Of a stretch of DNA of 64,000 nt, positions 47,101 through 62,100 are shown in pieces; position 1 is the first letter of the stretch, and each line of letters begins with the position of its first letter. Position numbers and translations under genes: made by a program. This stretch comes from Nemertoderma westbladi. Taxonomy: Eukaryota; Animalia; Xenacoelomorpha. Below the pieces are notes generated by a model. That model saw only the letters and a program-made list of their open reading frames with translations, did not search any database and was not told where the DNA came from. The stretch lies in contig JAUCBJ010007374.1 in NCBI GenBank assembly GCA_032718475.1, forward strand, positions 34,920-98,919. The letters run 5' to 3'.

Positions 47101-50100
47101 ATGATCCGTTCATATCTGTATTAGTTTGGTAGAATGATCCGTTCCTATCTGTATTAGCTTGGTAGAATGATCCGTTACTATCTGTATCAGCTTGGTAGAA
47201 TGATCCGTTCCTATCTATATCAGCTTGGTAGAATGATCCGTTCCTATCTGTATTAGCTTGGTAGAAAGATCCGTTTCTATCTGTATTAGCTTGGTAGAAT
47301 GATCCGTTACTATCTGTATTAGCTTGGTAGAATGATCCGTTACTATCTATATCAGCTTGGTAGAATGATCCCTTACTATCTGTATTAGCTTGGTAGAATG
47401 ATCCGTTCCTATCTGTATTAGCTTGGTAGAATGATCCGTTGCTTTCTGTATTAGCTTGGTAGAATGATCCGTTACTATCTGTATTAGCTTGGTAGAATGA
47501 TCCGTTACTATCTGTATTAGCTTGGTAGAATGATCCGTTACTATCTGTATCAGCTTGGTAGAATGATCCGTTCATATCTGTATTAGCTTGGTAGAATGAT
47601 CCGTTACTATCTGTATCAGCTTGGTAGAATGATCCGTTCATATCTGTATTAGCTTGGTAGAATGATCCGTTACTATCTGTATTAGCTTGGTAGAATGATC
47701 CGTTACTATCTGTATTAGCTTGGTAGAATGATCCGTTACTATCTGTATCAGCTTGGTAGAATGATCCCTTACTATCTGTATTAGCTTGGTAGAAAGATCC
47801 GTTTCTATCTGTATTAGCTTGGTAGAATGATCCGTTACTACCTGTATTAGCTTGGTAGAATGATCCGTTACTATCTGTATCAGCTTAGTAGAATGATCCC
47901 TTACTATCTGTATTAGCTTGGTAGAAAGATCCGTTTCTATCTGTATTAGCTTGGTAGAATGATCCGTTACTATCTGTATTAGCTTGGTAGAATGATCCGT
48001 TACTATCTGTATCAGCTTGGTAGAATGATCCCTTACTATCTGTATTAGCTTGGTAGAATGATCCGTTACTATCTGTATTAGCTTGGTAGAATGATCCGTT
48101 ACTATCTGTATCAGCTTGGTAGAATGATCCGTTACTATCTGTATCAGCTTGGTAGAATGATCCCTTACTATCTGTATTAGCTTGGTAGAAAGATCCGTTT
48201 CTATCTGTATTAGCTTGGTAGAATGATCCGTTACTATCTGTATTAGCTTGGTAGAATGATCCGTTACTATCTGTATCAGCTTGGTAGAATGATCCGTTAC
48301 TATCTGTATTAGCTTGGTAGAACGATCCGTTACTATCTGTATTAGCTTGGTAGAATGATCCGTTACTATCTGTCTCAGCTTGGTAGAATGATCCCTTACT
48401 ATCTGTATTAGTTTGGTAGAATGATCCGTTCATATCTGTATTAGCTTGGTAGAATGATCCGTTACTATCTGTATTAGCTTGGTTGAATGATCCGTTACTA
48501 TCTGTATTAGCTTGGTAGAATGATCCGTTACTATCTGTATTAGCTTGGTAGAATGATCCATTACTATCTGTATTAGCTTGGTAGAATGATCCGTTCCTAT
48601 CTGTATTAGCTTGGTAGAATGATCCGCTCCTTTCTGTATTAGCTTGGTAGAATGATCCGTTCCTATCTGTATTAGCTAGGTAGAATGATCCGTTCCTATC
48701 TGTATTAGCTTGGTAGAATGATCCGTTACTATCTGTATTAGCTTGGTTGAATGATCCGTTACTATCTGTATTAGCTTGGTAGAATGATCCGTTACTATCT
48801 GTATTAGCTTGGTAGAATGATCCATTACTATCTGTATTAGCTTGGTAGAATGATCCGTTCCTATCTGTATTAGCTTGGTAGAATGATCCGCTCCTTTCTG
48901 TATTAGCTTGGTAGAATGATCCGTTCCTATCTGTATTAGCTAGGTAGAATGATCCGTTCCTATCTGTATTAGCTTGGTAGAATGATCCGTTACTATCTGT
49001 ATTAGCTTGGTTGAATTATTCGTTACTATCTGTATTAGCTTGGTAGAATGATCCGTTCCTTTCTGTATTAGCTTGGTAGAATGATCCGTTCCTATCTGTA
49101 TTAGCTTGGTAGAATGATCCGTTACTATCTGTATTAGCTCGGTAGAATGATCCGTTACTATCTGTATTAGCTTGGTAGAATGATCCGTTCCTATCTGTAT
49201 TAGCTTGGTTGAATGATCCATTACTATCTGTATTAGCTTGGTTGAATTATCCGTTACTATCTGTATTAGCTTGGTAGAATGATCCGTTACTATCTGTATT
49301 AGCTTGGTAGAATGATCCGTTACTATCTGTATTAGCTAGGTAGAATGATCCGTTACTATCTGTATTAGCTTGGTAGAATGATCCGTTCCTATCTGTATTA
49401 GCTTGGTTGAATGATCCGTTACTATCTGTATTAGCTTGGTAGATTGATCCGTTACTATCTGTATTAGCTTGGTAGAATGATCCGTTACTATCTGTATTAG
49501 CTTGGTAGAATGATCCGTTCCTATCTGTATTAGCTTGGTAGAGTGATCCGTTACTATCTGTATTAGCTTGGTAGAATGATCCGTTACTATCTGTATTAGC
49601 TTTGTATAATGATCCGTTCCTATTAGTTTGGTAGAATGATCCGTTCCTATCTGTATTAGCTTGGTAGAATGATCTGTTCATATTTGTATTAGCTTGGTAG
49701 AATGATCCGTTCCTATCTGTATCAGCTTGGTAGAATGATCCGTTCCTATCTGTATTAGCTTGGTAGAATGATCCGTTCCTATCTGTATTAGCTAGGTAGA
49801 ATGATCCGTTACTATCTGTATTAGCTTGGTTGAATGATCCGTTACTATCTGTATTAGCTTGGTAGAATGATCCGTTCCTTTCTGTATTAGCTAGGTAGAA
49901 TGATCCGTTACTATCTGTATTAGCTTGGTTGAATGATCCGTTACTATCTGTATTAGATTGGTTGAATGATCCGTTCCTATCTGTATTAGCTTGGTAGAAT
50001 GATCCGTTACTATCTGTATTAGCTTGGTAGAGTGATCCGTTGCTTTCTGTATTAGCTTGGTTGAATGATCCGTTCCTATCTGTATTAGCTTGGTAGAATG

Positions 50101-53100
50101 ATCCGTTCATATCTGTATTAGCTTGGTAGAGTGATCCGTTGCTTTCTGTATTAGCTTGGTAGAATGATCCGTTCCTATCTGTATTAGCTTTGTAGAATGA
50201 TCCGTTCATATCTGTATTAGCTTGGTAGAATGATCCGTTACTATCTGTATTAGCTTTGTAGAATGATCCGTTCATATCTGTATTAGCTTTGTAGAATGAT
50301 CCGTTCCTATCTGTATTAGCTTTGTAGAATGATCCGTTCATATCTGATTAGCTTTGTAGAATGATTCGTTCCTATCTGTATTAGCTTTGTAGAATGATCC
50401 GTTCCTATCTGTATTAACTTGGTTGAATGATCCGTTCCTATCTGTATAAGCTTGGTAGAGTGATCCGTTGCTTTCTGTATTAGCTTGTTAGAATGATCCG
50501 TTCCTATCTGTATTAGCTTGGTTGAATGATCCGTTATTATCTGTATTCACTTGGTAGAATGATCCGTTCCTATCCGTATTAGCTTGGTAGAATGATCCGT
50601 TCCTATCTGTATTAGCTTGGTAGAATGATCCGTTACTATCTGTATTAGCTTGGTAGAATGATCCGTTACTATCTGTATTAGCTTGGTAGAATGATCCGTT
50701 ACTCTCTGTATTAGCTTGGTAGAATGATCCGTTACTATCTGTATTAGCTAGGTAGAATGATCCGTTACTATCTGTATTAGCTTGGTAGAATGATCCGTTA
50801 CTATCTGTATTAGCTTGGTAGAATGATCCGTTCCTTTCTGTATTAGCTTGGTAGAATAATCCGTTACTATCTGTATTAGCTTGGTAGAATGATCCGTTAC
50901 TATCTGTATTAGCTTGGTAGAATGGTCCGTTCCTATCTGTATTACCTTGGTTGAATGATCCGTTACTATCTGTATTAGCTTGGTAGAATGATCCGTTACT
51001 ATCTGTATTAGCTTGGTAGAATGATCCGTTACTATCTGTATTAGCTTGGTAGAATGATCCGTTACTATCTGTATTAGCTAGGTAGAATGATCCGTTCATA
51101 TCTGTATTAGCTTGGTAGAATGATCCGTTACTATCTGTATTAGCTTGGTAGAATGATCCGTTACTATCTGTATTAGCTTGGTAGAATAATCCGTTACTAT
51201 CTGTATTAGCTTGGTTGAATGATCCGTTACTATCTGTATTAGCTTGGTTGAATGATCCGTTACTATCTGTATTAGCTTGGTAGAATGATCCGTTACTATC
51301 TGTATTAGCTTGGTAGAATGATCCGTTACTATCTGTATTAGCTTGGTAGAATAATCCGTTACTATCTGTATTAGCTTGGTTGAATGATCCGTTACTATCT
51401 GTATTAGCTTGGTTGAATGATCCGTTACTATCTGAATTAGCTTGGTAGAATGATCCGTTACTATCTGTATTAGCTAGGTAGAATGATCCGTTCCTATCTG
51501 TATTAGCTTGGTAGAATAATCCGTTACTATCTGTATTAGCTTGGTTGAATGATCCGTTACTATCTGTATTAGCTTGGTTGAATGATCCGTTACTATCTGT
51601 ATTAGCTTGGTAGAATGATCCGTTACTATCTGTATTAGCTTGGTAGAATGATCCAGTACTATCTGTATTAGCTTGGTAGAATGATCCGTTCCTATCTGTA
51701 TTAGCTTGGTAGAATGATCCGCTCCTTTCTGTATTAGCTTGGTAGAATGATCCGTTCCTATCTGTATTAGCTAGGTAGAATGATCCGTTCCTATCTGTAT
51801 TAGCTTGGTAGAATGATCCGTTACTATCTGTATTAGCTTGGTTGAATTATTCGTTACTATCTGTATTAGCTTGGTAGAATGATCCGTTCCTTTCTGTATT
51901 AGCTTGGTAGAATGATCCGTTCCTATCTGTATTAGCTTGGTAGAATGATCCGTTCCTATCTGTATTAGCTAGGTAGAATGATCCGTTACTATCTGTATTA
52001 GCTTGGTAGAATGATCCGTTCCTATCTGTATTAGCTTGGTTGAATGATCCATTACTACCTGTATTAGCTTGGTTGAATTATCCGTTACTATCTGTATTAG
52101 CTTGGTAGAATGATCCGTTACTATCTGTATTAGCTTGGTAGAATGATCCGTTACTATCTGTATTAGCTAGGTAGAATGATCCGTTACTATCTGTATTAGC
52201 TTGGTAGAATGATCCGTTCCTTTCTGTATTAGCTTGGTTGAATGATCCGTTACTATCTGTATTAGCTTGGTAGAATGATCCGTTACTATCTGTATTAGCT
52301 TGGTAGAATGATCCGTTACTATCTGTATTAGCTTGGTAGAATGATCCGTTCCTATCTGTATTAGCTTGGTAGAGTGATCCGTTACTATCTGTATTAGCTT
52401 GGTAGAATGATCCGTTACTATCTGTATTAGCTTGGTAGAATGATCCGTTCCTATCTGTATTAGCTTGGTAGAATGATCCGTTACTATCTGTATTAGCTTG
52501 GTAGATTGATCCGTTCCTATCTGTATTAGCTTGGTAGAGTGATCCGTTACTATCTGTATTAGCTTGGTAGAATGATCCGTTACTATCTGTATTAGCTTTG
52601 TATAATGATCCGTTCCTATTAGTTTGGTAGAATGATCCGTTCCTATCTGTATTAGCTTGGTAGAATGATCTGTTCATATTTGTATTAGCTTGGTAGAATG
52701 ATCCGTTCCTATCTGTATCAGCTTGGTAGAATGATCCGTTCCTATCTGTATTAGCTTGGTAGAATGATCCGTTCCTATCTGTATTAGCTAGGTAGAATGA
52801 TCCGTTACTATCTGTATTAGCTTGGTAGAATGATCCGTTCCTATCTGTATTAGCTTGGTTGAATGATCCGTTACTATCTGTATTAGCTTGGTAGAATGAT
52901 CCGTTACTATCTGTATTAGCTTGGTATAATGATCCGTTACTATCTGTATTAGCTTGGTTGAATTATTCGTTTCTATCTGTATTAGCTTGGTAGAATGATC
53001 CGTTCCTTTCTGTATTAGCTTGGTAGAATGATCCGTTCCTATCTGTATTAGCTTGGTAGAATGATCCGTTACTATCTGTATTAGCTAGGTAGAATGATCC

Positions 53101-56100
53101 GTTACTATCTGTATTAGCTTGGTAGAATGATCCGTTCCTATCTGTATTAGCTTGGTTGAATGATCCATTACTATCTGTATTAGCTTGGTTGAATTATCCG
53201 TTACTATCTGTATTAGCTTGGTAGAATGATCCGTTACTATCTGTATTAGCTTGGTAGAATGATCCGTTACTATCTGTATTAGCTAGGTAGAATGATCCGT
53301 TACTATCTGTATTAGCTTGGTAGAATGATCCGTTCCTATCTGTATTAGCTTGGTTGAATGATCCGTTACTATCTGTATTAGCTTGGTAGAATGATCCGTT
53401 ACTATCTGTATTAGCTTGGTAGAATGATCCTTTACTATCTGTATTAGCTAGGTAGAATGATCCGTTACTATCTGTATTAGCTTTGTATAATGATCCGTTC
53501 CTATTAGTTTGGTAGAATGATCCGTTCCTATCTGTATTAGCTTGGTAGAATGATCTGTTCATATTTGTATTAGCTTGGTAGAATGATCCGTTCCTATCTG
53601 TATCAGCTTGGTAGAATGATCCGTTCCTATCTGTATTAGCTTGGTAGAATGATCCATTCCTATCTGTATTAGCTAGGTAGAATGATCCGTTACTATCTGT
53701 ATTAGCTTGGTAGAATGATCCGTTCCTATCTGTATTAGCTTGGTTGAATGATCCGTTACTATCTGTATTAGCTTGGTAGAATTATCCGTTACTATCTGTA
53801 TTAGCTTGGTAGAATGATCCGTTACTATCTGTATTAGCTTGGTAGAATGATCCGTTCCTATCTGTATTAGCTAGGTAGAATGATCCGTTACTATCTGTAT
53901 TAGCTTGGTAGAATGATCCGTTCCTATCTGTATTACCTTGGTAGAATGATCCGCTCCTTTCTGTATTAGCTTGGTAGAATGATCCGTTACTATCTGTATT
54001 AGCTAGGTAGAATGATCCGTTAATATCTGTATTAGCTTGGTAGAATGATCCGTTCCTATCTGTATTAGCTTGGTAGAATGATCTGTTCATATTTGTATTA
54101 GCTTGGTAGAATGATCCTTTCCTATTTGTATTAGCTTTGTAGAATGATTCGTTCATATCTGTATTAGCTTGGTAGAATGATCCGTTCCTATCTGTATTAG
54201 CTTGGTAGAGTGATCCGTTCCTATCTGTATTAGCTTGGTAGAATGATCCGTTCCTTTCTGTATTAGCTTGGTAGAATGATCCGTTCCTATCTGTATTAGC
54301 TTGGTAGAATGATCCGTTCCTTTCTGTATTAGCTTGGTAGAATGATCCGTTACTATCTGTATTAGCTTGGTAGAATGATCCGTTACTATCTGTATTAGCT
54401 TGGTAGAATGATCCGTTCCTATCTGTATTAGCTTGGTAGAATGATCCGTTACTATCTGTATTAGCTTTGTAGAATGATCCGTTACTATCTGTATTAGCTT
54501 TGTAGAATGATCCGTTACTATCTGTATTAGCTTGGTAGAATGATCCGTTACTATCTGTATTAGCTTTGTAGAATGATCCGTTACTATCTGTATTAGCTTG
54601 GTAGAATGATCCGTTCCTATCTGTATTAGCTTGGTAGAATGATCCGTTCCTATCTGTATTAGCTTGGTAGAATGATCCGCTCCTTTCTGTATTAGCTTGG
54701 TAGAATGATCCGTTACTATCTGTATTAGCTAGGTAGAATGATCCGTTACTATCTGTATTAGCTTGGTAGAATGATCCGTTCCTATCTGTATTAGCTTGGT
54801 AGAATGATCTGTTCATATTTGTATTAGCTTGGTAGAATGATCCTTTCCTATTTGTATTAGCTTTGTAGAATGATCCGTTCCTTTCTGTATTAGCTTGGTA
54901 GAATGATCCGTTCCTATCTGTATTAGCTTGGTAGAATGATCCGTTACTATCTGTATTAGCTCGGTAGAATGATCCGTTACTATCTGTATTAGCTTGGTAG
55001 AATGATCCGTTCCTATCTGTATTAGCTTGGTAGAATGATCCGTTACTATCTGTATTAGCTCGGTAGAATTATTCGTTACTATCTGTATTAGCTTGGTAGA
55101 ATGATCCGTTCCTTTCTGTATTAGCTTGGTAGAATGATCCGTTCCTATCTGTATTAGCTTGGTAGAATGATCCGTTACTATCTGTATTAGCTCGGTAGAA
55201 TGATCCGTTACTATCTGTATTAGCTTGGTAGAATGATCCGTTCCTATCTGTATTAGCTTGGTTGAATGATCCATTACTATCTGTATTAGCTTGGTTGAAT
55301 TATCCGTTACTATCTGTATTAGCTTGGTAGAATGATCCGTTACTATCTGTATTAGCTTGGTAGAATGATCCGTTACTATCTGTATTAGCTAGGTAGAATG
55401 ATCCGTTACTATCTGTATTAGCTTGGTAGAATGATCCGTTCCTATCTGTATTAGCTTGGTTGAATGATCCGTTACTATCTGTATTAGCTTGGTAGATTGA
55501 TCCGTTACTATCTGTATTAGCTTGGTAGAATGATCCGTTACTATCTGTATTAGCTTGGTAGAATGATCCGTTCCTATCTGTATTAGCTTGGTAGAGTGAT
55601 CCGTTACTATCTGTATTAGCTTGGTAGAATGATCCGTTACTATCTGTATTAGCTTTGTATAATGATCCGTTCCTATTAGTTTGGTAGAATGATCCGTTCC
55701 TATCTGTATTAGCTTGGTAGAATGATCTGTTCATATTTGTATTAGCTTGGTAGAATGATCCGTTCCTATCTGTATCAGCTTGGTAGAATGATCCGTTCCT
55801 ATCTGTATTAGCTTGGTAGAATGATCCGTTCCTATCTGTATTAGCTAGGTAGAATGATCCGTTACTATCTGTATTAGCTTGGTTGAATGATCCGTTACTA
55901 TCTGTATTAGCTTGGTAGAATGATCCGTTCCTTTCTGTATTAGCTAGGTAGAATGATCCGTTACTATCTGTATTAGATTGGTTGAATGATCCGTTACTAT
56001 CTGTATTAGATTGGTTGAATGATCCGTTCCTATCTGTATTAGCTTGGTAGAATGATCCGTTACTATCTGTATTAGCTTGGTAGAGTGATCCGTTGCTTTC

Positions 56101-59100
56101 TGTATTAGCTTGGTTGAATGATCCGTTCCTATCTGTATTAGCTTGGTAGAATGATCCGTTCATATCTGTATTAGCTTGGTAGAGTGATCCGTTGCTTTCT
56201 GTATTAGCTTGGTAGAATGATCCGTTCCTATCTGTATTAGCTTTGTAGAATGATCCGTTCATATCTGTATTAGCTTGGTAGAATGATCCGTTACTATCTG
56301 TATTAGCTTTGTAGAATGATCCGTTCATATCTGTATTAGCTTTGTAGAATGATCCGTTCCTATCTGTATTAGCTTTGTAGAATGATCCGTTCATATCTGA
56401 TTAGCTTTGTAGAATGATTCGTTCCTATCTGTATTAGCTTTGTAGAATGATCCGTTCCTATCTGTATTAACTTGGTTGAATGATCCGTTCCTATCTGTAT
56501 AAGCTTGGTAGAGTGATCCGTTGCTTTCTGTATTAGCTTGTTAGAATGATCCGTTCCTATCTGTATTAGCTTGGTTGAATGATCCGTTATTATCTGTATT
56601 CACTTGGTAGAATGATCCGTTCCTATCCGTATTAGCTTGGTAGAATGATCCGTTCCTATCTGTATTAGCTTGGTAGAATGATCCGTTACTATCTGTATTA
56701 GCTTGGTAGAATGATCCGTTACTATCTGTATTAGCTTGGTAGAATGATCCGTTACTCTCTGTATTAGCTTGGTAGAATGATCCGTTACTATCTGTATTAG
56801 CTAGGTAGAATGATCCGTTACTATCTGTATTAGCTTGGTAGAATGATCCGTTACTATCTGTATTAGCTTGGTAGAATGATCCGTTCCTTTCTGTATTAGC
56901 TTGGTAGAATAATCCGTTACTATCTGTATTAGCTTGGTAGAATGATCCGTTACTATCTGTATTAGCTTGGTAGAATGGTCCGTTCCTATCTGTATTACCT
57001 TGGTTGAATGATCCGTTACTATCTGTATTAGCTTGGTAGAATGATCCGTTACTATCTGTATTAGCTTGGTAGAATGATCCGTTACTATCTGTATTAGCTT
57101 GGTAGAATGATCCGTTACTATCTGTATTAGCTAGGTAGAATGATCCGTTCATATCTGTATTAGCTTGGTAGAATGATCCGTTACTATCTGTATTAGCTTG
57201 GTAGAATGATCCGTTACTATCTGTATTAGCTTGGTAGAATAATCCGTTACTATCTGTATTAGCTTGGTTGAATGATCCGTTACTATCTGTATTAGCTTGG
57301 TTGAATGATCCGTTACTATCTGTATTAGCTTGGTAGAATGATCCGTTACTATCTGTATTAGCTTGGTAGAATGATCCGTTACTATCTGTATTAGCTTGGT
57401 AGAATAATCCGTTACTATCTGTATTAGCTTGGTTGAATGATCCGTTACTATCTGTATTAGCTTGGTTGAATGATCCGTTACTATCTGAATTAGCTTGGTA
57501 GAATGATCCGTTACTATCTGTATTAGCTAGGTAGAATGATCCGTTCCTATCTGTATTAGCTTGGTAGAATAATCCGTTACTATCTGTATTAGCTTGGTTG
57601 AATGATCCGTTACTATCTGTATTAGCTTGGTTGAATGATCCGTTACTATCTGTATTAGCTTGGTAGAATGATCCGTTACTATCTGTATTAGCTTGGTAGA
57701 ATGATCCAGTACTATCTGTATTAGCTTGGTAGAATGATCCGTTCCTATCTGTATTAGCTTGGTAGAATGATCCGCTCCTTTCTGTATTAGCTTGGTAGAA
57801 TGATCCGTTCCTATCTGTATTAGCTAGGTAGAATGATCCGTTCCTATCTGTATTAGCTTGGTAGAATGATCCGTTACTATCTGTATTAGCTTGGTTGAAT
57901 TATTCGTTACTATCTGTATTAGCTTGGTAGAATGATCCGTTCCTTTCTGTATTAGCTTGGTAGAATGATCCGTTCCTATCTGTATTAGCTTGGTAGAATG
58001 ATCCGTTCCTATCTGTATTAGCTAGGTAGAATGATCCGTTACTATCTGTATTAGCTTGGTAGAATGATCCGTTCCTATCTGTATTAGCTTGGTTGAATGA
58101 TCCATTACTACCTGTATTAGCTTGGTTGAATTATCCGTTACTATCTGTATTAGCTTGGTAGAATGATCCGTTACTATCTGTATTAGCTTGGTAGAATGAT
58201 CCGTTACTATCTGTATTAGCTAGGTAGAATGATCCGTTACTATCTGTATTAGCTTGGTAGAATGATCCGTTCCTTTCTGTATTAGCTTGGTTGAATGATC
58301 CGTTACTATCTGTATTAGCTTGGTAGAATGATCCGTTACTATCTGTATTAGCTTGGTAGAATGATCCGTTACTATCTGTATTAGCTTGGTAGAATGATCC
58401 GTTCCTATCTGTATTAGCTTGGTAGAGTGATCCGTTACTATCTGTATTAGCTTGGTAGAATGATCCGTTACTATCTGTATTAGCTTGGTAGAATGATCCG
58501 TTCCTATCTGTATTAGCTTGGTAGAATGATCCGTTACTATCTGTATTAGCTTGGTAGATTGATCCGTTCCTATCTGTATTAGCTTGGTAGAGTGATCCGT
58601 TACTATCTGTATTAGCTTGGTAGAATGATCCGTTACTATCTGTATTAGCTTTGTATAATGATCCGTTCCTATTAGTTTGGTAGAATGATCCGTTCCTATC
58701 TGTATTAGCTTGGTAGAATGATCTGTTCATATTTGTATTAGCTTGGTAGAATGATCCGTTCCTATCTGTATCAGCTTGGTAGAATGATCCGTTCCTATCT
58801 GTATTAGCTTGGTAGAATGATCCGTTCCTATCTGTATTAGCTAGGTAGAATGATCCGTTACTATCTGTATTAGCTTGGTAGAATGATCCGTTCCTATCTG
58901 TATTAGCTTGGTTGAATGATCCGTTACTATCTGTATTAGCTTGGTAGAATGATCCGTTACTATCTGTATTAGCTTGGTATAATGATCCGTTACTATCTGT
59001 ATTAGCTTGGTTGAATTATTCGTTTCTATCTGTATTAGCTTGGTAGAATGATCCGTTCCTTTCTGTATTAGCTTGGTAGAATGATCCGTTCCTATCTGTA

Positions 59101-62100
59101 TTAGCTTGGTAGAATGATCCGTTACTATCTGTATTAGCTAGGTAGAATGATCCGTTACTATCTGTATTAGCTTGGTAGAATGATCCGTTCCTATCTGTAT
59201 TAGCTTGGTTGAATGATCCATTACTATCTGTATTAGCTTGGTTGAATTATCCGTTACTATCTGTATTAGCTTGGTAGAATGATCCGTTACTATCTGTATT
59301 AGCTTGGTAGAATGATCCGTTACTATCTGTATTAGCTAGGTAGAATGATCCGTTACTATCTGTATTAGCTTGGTAGAATGATCCGTTCCTATCTGTATTA
59401 GCTTGGTTGAATGATCCGTTACTATCTGTATTAGCTTGGTAGAATGATCCGTTACTATCTGTATTAGCTTGGTAGAATGATCCTTTACTATCTGTATTAG
59501 CTAGGTAGAATGATCCGTTACTATCTGTATTAGCTTTGTATAATGATCCGTTCCTATTAGTTTGGTAGAATGATCCGTTCCTATCTGTATTAGCTTGGTA
59601 GAATGATCTGTTCATATTTGTATTAGCTTGGTAGAATGATCCGTTCCTATCTGTATCAGCTTGGTAGAATGATCCGTTCCTATCTGTATTAGCTTGGTAG
59701 AATGATCCATTCCTATCTGTATTAGCTAGGTAGAATGATCCGTTACTATCTGTATTAGCTTGGTAGAATGATCCGTTCCTATCTGTATTAGCTTGGTTGA
59801 ATGATCCGTTACTATCTGTATTAGCTTGGTAGAATTATCCGTTACTATCTGTATTAGCTTGGTAGAATGATCCGTTACTATCTGTATTAGCTTGGTAGAA
59901 TGATCCGTTCCTATCTGTATTAGCTAGGTAGAATGATCCGTTACTATCTGTATTAGCTTGGTAGAATGATCCGTTCCTATCTGTATTACCTTGGTAGAAT
60001 GATCCGCTCCTTTCTGTATTAGCTTGGTAGAATGATCCGTTACTATCTGTATTAGCTAGGTAGAATGATCCGTTAATATCTGTATTAGCTTGGTAGAATG
60101 ATCCGTTCCTATCTGTATTAGCTTGGTAGAATGATCTGTTCATATTTGTATTAGCTTGGTAGAATGATCCTTTCCTATTTGTATTAGCTTTGTAGAATGA
60201 TTCGTTCATATCTGTATTAGCTTGGTAGAATGATCCGTTCCTATCTGTATTAGCTTGGTAGAGTGATCCGTTCCTATCTGTATTAGCTTGGTAGAATGAT
60301 CCGTTCCTTTCTGTATTAGCTTGGTAGAATGATCCGTTCCTATCTGTATTAGCTTGGTAGAATGATCCGTTCCTTTCTGTATTAGCTTGGTAGAATGATC
60401 CGTTACTATCTGTATTAGCTTGGTAGAATGATCCGTTACTATCTGTATTAGCTTGGTAGAATGATCCGTTCCTATCTGTATTAGCTTGGTAGAATGATCC
60501 GTTACTATCTGTATTAGCTTTGTAGAATGATCCGTTACTATCTGTATTAGCTTTGTAGAATGATCCGTTACTATCTGTATTAGCTTGGTAGAATGATCCG
60601 TTACTATCTGTATTAGCTTTGTAGAATGATCCGTTACTATCTGTATTAGCTTGGTAGAATGATCCGTTCCTATCTGTATTAGCTTGGTAGAATGATCCGT
60701 TCCTATCTGTATTAGCTTGGTAGAATGATCCGCTCCTTTCTGTATTAGCTTGGTAGAATGATCCGTTACTATCTGTATTAGCTAGGTAGAATGATCCGTT
60801 ACTATCTGTATTAGCTTGGTAGAATGATCCGTTCCTATCTGTATTAGCTTGGTAGAATGATCTGTTCATATTTGTATTAGCTTGGTAGAATGATCCTTTC
60901 CTATTTGTATTAGCTTTGTAGAATGATTCGTTCATATCTGTATTAGCTTGGTAGAATGATCCGTTCCTATCTGTATTAGCTTGGTAGAGTGATCCGTTCC
61001 TATCTGTATTAGCTTGGTAGAATGATCCGTTCCTTTCTGTATTAGCTTGGTAGAATGATCCGTTACTATCTGTATTAGCTTTGTAGAATGATCCGTTCCT
61101 ATCTGTATTAGCTTGGTTGAATGATCCGTTACTATCTGTATTAGCTTGGTAGAATGATCCGTTACTATCTGTATTAGCTTGGTAGAATGATCCGTTACTA
61201 TCTGTATTAGCTAGGTAGAATGATCCGTTACTATCTGTATTAGCTTGGTAGAATGATCCGTTCCTATCTGTATTAGCTTGGTAGAATGATCCGTTACTAT
61301 CTGTATTAGCTTTGTAGAATGATCCGTTACTATCTGTATTAGCTTTGTAGAATGATCCGTTACTATCTGTATTAGCTTGGTAGAATGATCCGTTACTATC
61401 TGTATTAGCTTTGTAGAATGATCCGTTACTATCTGTATTAGCTTGGTAGAATGATCCGTTCCTATCTGTATTAGCTTGGTAGAATGATCCGTTCCTATCC
61501 GTATTAGCTTGGTAGAATGATCCGTTGCTTTCTGTATTAGCTTGGTAGAAAGATCCGTTCCTTTCTTTATTAGCTTGGTAGAATGATCCGTTACTATCTG
61601 TATTAGTTTGGTAGAATGATCCGTTCCTTTCTTTATTAGCTTGGTAGAGTGATCCGTTACTATCTATATTAGCTTGGTAGAATGATCCGTTCCTTTCTTT
61701 ATTAGCTTGGTAGAGTGATCCGTTACTATCCGTATTAGCTTGGTAGAATGATCCGTTGCTTTCTGTATTAGCTTGGTAGAAAGATCCGTTCCTTTCTTTA
61801 TTAGCTTGGTAGAATGATCCGTTACTATCTGTATTAGCTTGGTAGAATGATCCGTTACTATCTGTATTAGTTTGGTAGAATGATCCGTTCCTTTCTTTAT
61901 TAGCTTGGTAGAGTGATCCGTTCCTTTCTGTATTAGCTTGGTAGAATGATCCGTTCCTATCTGTATTAGCTTGGTAGAATGATCCGTTCCTATCTGTATT
62001 AGCTTGGTAGAATGATCCGTTCCTATCTGTATTAGCTTGGTAGAATGATCCGCTGCTTTCTGTATTAGCTTGGTAGAAAGATCCGTTCCTTTCTTTATTA